From Eledone cirrhosa (Eukaryota), in assembly GCA_964016885.1 (NCBI GenBank), contig OZ024741.1:344224001-344288000 (forward strand): a DNA stretch of 64,000 nucleotides, in the 5' to 3' direction. This document shows positions 56,710-64,000 of the stretch, one piece after another. Numbering within the stretch: position 1 is the stretch's first letter; the number at the start of each line of letters is the position of its first letter. The position numbers were made by a program, and so were the translations under genes. The notes beneath the pieces were generated by a model. It searched no databases. It was given only the letters and a program-made list of their open reading frames with translations, and had not been told where the DNA came from.

Positions 56710-57045
56710 CATATGTTTATATACATATATACATATATTTCATATATAGAAATACAAATATTGAAATAAGTGTTTAGATCGATATCCAGTGATTTCGATC
56801 TCGGTGTTTACAATTTTCTCAACAAATTCATTTGGAGCACATGCATAGGATTAATTATAAGACATCGTTCACAGCCAGAAGCCTAAGCTATGAAGACAGT
56901 GTAATTAATGTATCGACAAATCAATATATGAAAAATGTTAAAGTAGTTACAATTTCAAGAATTGAAACAACCAGTATCCAACTAGTTTAGCACAGCATAA
57001 TACGCCGGAATACAAAATTCCAAGTTTAAGTATATATATATATAT

Positions 57046-57210
57046 ATAGGAACGAGTAGGACCCCGACGGCTGAGTGCAGAATTAGCCGTCGAAACGGCT
57101 TGAGCTCAGCCGTCGAGGTCCTACTCGTTCCTATTACCCACTCTACTACCCTAAGTATTGAGTACTTTGGTGCGTTATGGTCCACCTGGTTCCTTACCAC
57201 ATTTCCTTCG

Positions 57211-57213
<3 letters not shown>
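57046..57213. mobile_element. Mini fold-back PLE derivative (tail on right)
   Basis: taggaacgagtaggaccccgacggctgag / ctcagccgtcgaggtcctactcgttccta plus tail; family of 34997-35195. Confidence 0.8.
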
Positions 57214-57261
<48 letters not shown>

Positions 57262-58599
57262 TATATATATATATGCATATATATATATGTGTGTGTATGT
57301 GTGTGTGTGTGTGTGTGTAACAGTTAAATATTAGCCTTTTATGACGCATTTCATTGCTTCCATCTGTTATTTTCGTTCATTCTATTCATACTCAGTTTTT
57401 GTTGTTTTTTTGTTTTTTTGTATTGTTTAATGTTTGTTTATAATCATATTTACTCGGCTATTTATTGGCTGTGCATATAGATTCACTTCTTTCTTTCTCT
57501 GTTTTGTCGGTTCGTTAAGTAGCTAAAGGTTTCAAATATATCCCTAGGTGGTTGCAGGGTTCTCGGCTGTGTTGAGCCATTTCGGGTTCTGGTAGTTAAG
57601 CGAGGGATTAACAACGGTATGTTTTTATACCGTGGCATGGTCTGTAAGGTCATATCTGTGTGCCCTGTCATGTTTGTGGTATTCTGTTGCGGATGTTCCC
57701 AACGTAATTTATGTTACTCGGGTTTTGTGTGAGGAGTTGTTGCTGTTGTTCATATTGATGTCGTTTTCTGGTAATGCGGTTCTCGTTACTGTTGTTGATT
57801 ATGCAAAGTAATCGTCATTAATAGAAATGTATTTTGCACCTCTGGTGCCTGCTTTTTTGAACAGAACCCGTTCAAATGGTGGTTGGCATCACACATATTG
57901 TATCTTGGTCGTCTGTCCCTTACAGAGGTTGAATACCACATGTTAGATTAATATGGTCCGGAATGGCTTCCTGTCTCTCACGATCAGTTTGGATCAGGAA
58001 TTCCATCCTCGTACTTGTCTAGTTTCCTTTGCGTCATTTTTGAACTTCCTGGATTACAGCGATGTTCGCTATCCCAGCCATGACAGTCGCTACCATCCAA
58101 CAGATGTCAATTTCTGGTCTTACGCCGATTCATATTATTGACTTGCGTTTCGCATTATAAGACGGTGTGGGCGTTATTTCCTCTTTTTTCTTTAACTCTT
58201 TAATAGTTGTCGAGTAGGGTCTTTTGTAGAGGGGAGAGGCTTCCATTTAAATGGAGAATATCCTGTTAACAGTGCCAAATCTTTTCCCCCAGTTATGTAT
58301 TTTTTTAAAGTTATTTTGAGATATCCTTCAATTTGCACTGTGCTGGCTTCGATTTTGTTTCTATTCATATGTAGGTGACCGTGCTCCTCTATGAGTTCTG
58401 AAAAATCTGCTAAGCATTAGCAGCTAAGGCACAGACAAGGACGCAATTCTACCAACACTTGCTACCTGCTGCTTGGCCCTGCCAAATCATGCTTCGGTCA
58501 GGTTCTTATTTTTACTGGTTATATAGCGTTGCTATCACTGCTCCAATGCTCGTTGCAAACCCATTGGTGACGATATTCTTTTATTATTTTGCTTGAAAG

Positions 58600-58957
58600 T
58601 CCCTTTACGATCTGAGTTCAAATCCCGCCGAGGTTGACTTTGTCTTTCATCCTTACGGGATCGATAAAATAAAGTACCAGTAATGCACTGGGTAATTGCT
58701 GGCCATGTGCCTAAAGTAGAAACAATTATTTTGCTTGAAAGTAATAAAGAAAGCATTATTTTTCTTGAAAGTGATGGATTGGCAGTATCGGTAGAGGATC
58801 AGACACCATGCTTTGCAGCATAGAGTTACTGTCCCTTACGATCTAAGTTCAAATCCCGCCGAGGTTAACTTTACCTTTCATCCTTACAGGGTTGATAAAA
58901 TAAAGTACCAGTAATGCACTGGGATACTTGCTGGTCTTGTCCCAAAAGTAGAAACAA
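58600..58957 (+). mobile_element. Two tandem SINE copies
   Basis: Family consensus at 58600-58727 (5' truncated) and 58773-58957. Confidence 0.85.
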
Positions 58958-59028
58958 TAATTTTGCTTAAAACTGTGTTGGTAGTGGCAAGGTTAAGGTT
59001 ATTGTTGTATTATATATGCATATATATA

Positions 59029-59067
<39 letters not shown>

Positions 59068-59444
59068 ATCTGTTTCTGAATACGCATATGGTTTCGTAAT
59101 CCAAGGGATGACGAGCATGAGGTAAGCATGGAATACAATGTGCTAGTTAACAAACTCTAGTTGATTTGGAATTTGTTTGTTTTGTCACCAATCACCTCCA
59201 CCCCCATCCCACTACGGTATACTTTTAGTAGTACTAGCATCAATCGTGTTTGTTTGTTCGTTGAATTTTTTGGCAGTGGAGGCGAAGTCGAGGTCAAATG
59301 TTATGCTTTACTTGTATTACTTTCTTGAAACTTTCACATAGCGTGTCCATGTTTTTTACCACTCCCTAAAGCAGTCACATGGCCGAGCCAAGACCGGACA
59401 TATTGTCCGACTCTCGAACTAGTTCTCCGTAATACATATTATAA

Positions 59445-59777
59445 TGTTTTCTGATTTAAGCACAAGGCCAATAGTTTAGTGGGAAGAGGGAAGTCAATTA
59501 AATCGCCCCCAGTGCATTACTGGTACTTTATTTTGTCAACCTCGTAAGGATGAAAGATGAAGTAAATCTCGGCCGGATTTGAACTCAGAACCTAAAGAGC
59601 CATAACTCTATGTCGCGAAGCAGGGTGTCCGACGTTCTACCGATACTGCCAATCCGCTGCCCTAATAATGATTTCTTATATAGGCACAAGGCTTGCGATC
59701 TTGGGGCAGCGGAATGTCGATTAAATCGACCCCAGTGCGTGACTGGTACTTTATTTTATCGACCCAGTAAGGATGAA
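59445..59777 (-). mobile_element. Two tandem SINE copies
   Basis: Family consensus in reverse complement. Confidence 0.8.
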
Positions 59778-59782
59778 ATAAC

Positions 59783-59813
<31 letters not shown>

Positions 59814-59835
59814 TTGTTATTATTATTGTTATTAC

Positions 59836-62800
59836 TCTTTGAGTCTCAGTCATTGATGTTAGTTCACTGGAAAGTTTGTTGAAATGAATATCAAGCCACT
59901 ACCTGCAGTCTCAGTTATTCAGGACATATCGGAGGGTTCTTGCTGTTCCCAGCAAGCATGCCTTTTGAAGCGTTCCAAAAAGCGTGAAGGGGCCAAGTTT
60001 CTTTAACCATCCCTGGAAACTTTTTGAGATAGTACCTAGTGCGCCTATGACAATCGGGATCACTTTGACTTCATGGCAGTTTCAAATCCTTTTTACCTCC
60101 CACTTTAAGTCCTGGTATCGGTTAATTTTCTCCCTCTCCTTCTCTTGCACTCTCGTGTCGAATGGGCAGGCCACATCCACAATCAGGCACGATCTTTTTT
60201 CTTTGTCCAAAGCCACCAGGTCAGGTCTATTGTGTTCCAGTTTCTTGTCCGTCTGTATCCTAAAATCCAACAGCACCTTCACCTGGTCGTTTTCTATCAC
60301 CGCCTCTGGCTTATGCTCATACCACTTCTCAGAATGTGGTAAATTGTTTACTTTGCATAGGTGCACATCACATCATGTCTCCAGCCCTTATAGTGAGTCT
60401 GGGCTAGGTGTTTACACTCGGATACAATGTGAGCCACAGTCTCCTCTCTCTCTCCACAGATCCTGCACAGTGGGCTAGCCTCCTCCTTGTAAATGTGGTG
60501 TTTCAACCACTTCGATTTGAGGGCCTGCTCCTGCGCAGCCATTAACATTCCTTCTGTAGCCTTTTTAAGGTCTCCTCTTTTCAACCAGTTCCATGTCTGT
60601 GGATCTCTAAATTCAGTTTTCTCAAAGTAGGTACTATGAAGGGATTTTTCCTGAAGGCTGCTCTTTCTCCTTGATGTTATTTCCTCCTTGGACATCCCCT
60701 GGCCTATTGTCCCCTCCTTCAGTACAGTTCTTAGCATTGCCTCCTTACTATCAGTCACGTATTTGTGTAGGTTGTTTTTCTCCATCTGAACACAGTCCTC
60801 TATGCTGATAAGACCTCTTCAACCCTCAGATCTCCTTAAGTAGAGTCTATCGACATCACTCCTCTTGTGGAACATATTGTAGATAGTCAATAGCTTCCTA
60901 GTCTTCCTATCCATTTCTTTTTGTTCAGCAACATTCCATCTCAGAATTCCCGCACTGTACCTAATAATAGACACAGCTCGGGAATTTACTGCACTTATGG
61001 CATTCCTACTGTTCAGATGTGACTTTAATACGCTCCTTACTCTCCGAAGGTATTCAGTTCTTATCAATTCCTTCATTTTTTTGTTCTTGATGTCATCAGC
61101 TTCCAGAACGCCCAAATACTTGTATCCTTCCTCAGAGTCAATTTCTTTTATCATCTCACCTGTTGGTATCTGGATTCCGTTACTTCTGCTCAACTTACCC
61201 CTCCTCATCACAATGACTCCACACTTACTAATACCAAATTGCATACATATATCATTGCTGAAAATACGGACAGTATCAACAAGCACATCCGACTCCTACT
61301 CACTCTTCCCGAAGAGCTTAAGATCGTCCATGAAGAGGAGGTGATTGATGGTAAGCCCTCCCTTTCCCAACCTGTATCCTGCTCTCACTTTTCGCAGTAC
61401 ACTGGTCAGGGGCATCAGGGCAAGGACAAACAACAGAGGGGAAGATACCTCTCTTGATCTTCACGCTTTCCAAGGATTCTCCAGTTGATGTTAACTCTGT
61501 TTCCCAGGACTTCATACTTTTGCCCAACAACTGGCTGATGTTATCTGCCACCTTGAAGATCTCCAGGCTTTTGGTGATCCAAGAATGAGGCACCATGTCA
61601 AATGCCTTTTTGTAGTCTATCCATCCCATGGCAAGACCAGTGTGTCTCCTCTTGCAATTCCTCATTACCATCTTATCAATAAGTACCTGGTCCTTTGTAC
61701 CACGTGACTTCTTTCGGCATCCTTTCTGTTCGTCCGGTAACAAGTTGTTTGTGTGGAGTAGATTTCCTCAGACATAATGCTTGTCAACAGTTTCCACATT
61801 ACGGACAGATATGTGATAGGTCTATAGTTGGTAACATCATTACCCTTGATTCGGTCTTTCATTATCAGAACTGTGGTACCTTTTGTCAACTACTCTGGTA
61901 CCTCACCTGACATCAAGCAGTCATTGAACATGGTTGTCAGTTTCGGGTGGAGGGATGTTATGTTTTTAATCCAATACCCCTGCACACCATCTGGGCCAGG
62001 TGATTTCCAGTTGGTTAGTTTTTTGGCCTGCCCCTTAAGAGTTTCAACTGTGATACTCAAATCAGTTTGTTGGTGTGCCTGTTCACTGATCTCCTTCTGT
62101 ACTGTCTCAATCCACACTGCCTGGTCATTATGTTTAACATCCTGCTCCCATATTCCTCTCCAGAATGTTTTAGTTTGTTCCGCCTCAGGGATCAAGTCGT
62201 TGCCTCTTTCTTTCCCTTCAAGCTGTCCAAACAGCATCTTCTGGTTGTTGTCGAACATGCGGTTCTGTCTATACTGGCTGACTCTGTTCTCGTATCGCCT
62301 GATTTTTGCACTCTTTGCTACAATGCGTTGCTTCAGTTCCTCTGTGATTATATTTAGCTTTTTCCTCCTAGTTTTGTACTTTATTTCCAGTCTATTTTTA
62401 GTGTCCATGTTTTTTAGTGTCCCATTCAGTAGGGACTCAAGCTTTCCAATGTCATTTCTCATTTCCCTGATTTGACCACTCAGTCGTTTCTTCCACCAAG
62501 TCTCTGCTCTTTCTTGTCTGTTGTTTCCTCTCGCTTTTATACCAAGTAGTTTCCTCACCGTATTTGCTGTTGCTTTGAGGATATTGTTGCACTGGTGAAG
62601 GCTCCTCGCCTCAAGGTATGGGATGACTTTGTTTACCTTAGCTGTTGTTTCTTTTAACTTTTTCCTGTCTACAAATCTTAGGTTCATAGGTCTCCCACTA
62701 TCATTGTTCAATTCATCTACCACTAAGTTTAGGATATCTACCAAATCTTGTCCTAGCCCGTCAGCATTCATCTCCTCAGTGGCCGTATCTCTGTTCCAGG

Positions 62801-63386
62801 TATTATTTATCACAGCATTCAGATCATTGTCTGTTTCGGGTGGTTCCTCCGTTCTCTCGACCTCTTCACCTTCATTTCCCACTGGCTCGTTTGCCTGGCA
62901 TACTCCACCCACATCTCCAAGCTAATCTCTCTGCCCAGTTCCTCCAGTTCCAGCTCGCTTATCCACCCATTAGTTCTTATTACCCGAGCCTGCCCGGCCA
63001 GTTTTTGTTCATCTAATTTAAATGGACCAATCTCGTTCCAGATGTTATACATCCTTTTCCTATAGCCTTTCTCCTTGGGGTTACTCTTCAGGTAACATTG
63101 CATAACAATTCTATTCAATTCTTTCGTCCAGTTGGTTCTGGTCCCTTTCCTTCTTCTTCTTCCTCCGACACCAGCAGTATTTGGTTGACAGCCAGGTCTC
63201 TGCTGCTGAGCCAGGGAGCACCTGTTGGGTGAGAGTCTGTCACATGACATTCTAGTCTCCATTTCACCATTATTCGAACTGTTTAGGTTCGACATTTAAA
63301 CACTCTTATCGAGGATTGGCGAATGTATGGTTACATAACCACCGGTGAATTACTTGTCTTCGGTGGTTTTGTCACTCCACGTGACT

Positions 63387-63389
<3 letters not shown>
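59836..63389 (-). mobile_element. R4/Dong-type non-LTR retrotransposon (RT + CCHC + restriction-like endonuclease), near full length, frameshifted
   Basis: [40 protein letters not shown] (manual, ~61318-61347), YKYLG, CRICGEREETVAHIVSEC, RHD, HNRPDLV..IVDVACP..EK..YQDL; TAA-type repeats on both sides. Confidence 0.9.
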
Positions 63390-63417
<28 letters not shown>

Positions 63418-63418
63418 A

Positions 63419-63461
<43 letters not shown>

Positions 63462-63463
<2 letters not shown>

Positions 63464-64000
63464 AGTTGCATTTATCTTGCTTTATGTTCATACGAGTTAT
63501 CACCAAGTCACAACCAGTGACCTCAAGAGACAACAAGGTCCGCCATGTTCAAGAAAGAACATACATACTCACACATGCATCTTTAGTGTTTAGACTTGTG
63601 ATGTACTTATATTGACAGAATCTTCCTTAGTATATGGGCAGTTCCCATTAGTACTATCTTTTGTATTTCTCCTATACGCGGGTTTCCTGGGATTTGCGAT
63701 AAGTAATCATTAGACCCCTTAGGTATCATTCCCAGAGCGCCTACAACCACTGGTATTGTTTTAGTTCTCAATTTCCACATTTTTCCAATTTCTATCTCCA
63801 GGTCCTTATACTTGCTCAATTTTTCAAATGTTTTTATAGATACATTCTTGTCTATTGGAACGGACATATCAATTAGCAGGCATACCCTCTTTTGAAAGTC
63901 CTTCAATATTATATCAGGTCTATTTGAATCTATTTTTCGGTCTGTTTGGATGCTAAAGTTCCACAAGATTGAGATGTGATCTTTTTTCAAGTATGGGAGG
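63462..64000 (-). mobile_element. 3' end of a second R4/Dong-type element (endonuclease domain, ORF 63607-63990)
   Basis: WNFSIQTDRKIDSNRPDII..LIDMSVP..EKLSKYKDL..IPVVVGALG; 3' UTR ends in (TAA)n; runs off the window. Confidence 0.88.

Noticed and set aside
57320-58330. Possible decayed retroelement coding region
   Set aside because: No diagnostic motif recognised; needs a translated search.
63296-63389. HDV-like ribozyme in the 5' UTR of the R4/Dong element
   Set aside because: Two small hairpins are visible, but no nested double pseudoknot could be built by eye.

Overview
Repeat-saturated, AT-rich animal genomic DNA with no supportable host gene. The microsatellite density and tRNA-SINE family suggest an octopus or other coleoid cephalopod (inference). 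Most listed ORFs are microsatellite translations. The real coding content is decayed retroelements: several Penelope-like elements (PLEs; RT + C-terminal GIY-YIG), RTE fragments, an L1/Tx1 3' end and two R4/Dong-type elements in (TAA)n. There is also a hAT MITE and about a dozen SINEs. The main signal is an RNA-level system. A near-perfect 310-bp tandem array (5024-9263) carries a minimal type I hammerhead ribozyme (HHR) in every complete unit (13 copies) and flips orientation exactly at the predicted self-cleavage site. More than a dozen further head-to-head palindromic or inverted-end insertions from about 10 unrelated sequence families sit mostly in (TA)n. They share one architecture (3' ends outward, one arm longer by a ~35-90 nt tail) and most carry HHRs, including U3-A8 core variants and HHRs with large branched stem II. 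Folds were read by eye; activity is untested and many boundaries are approximate.
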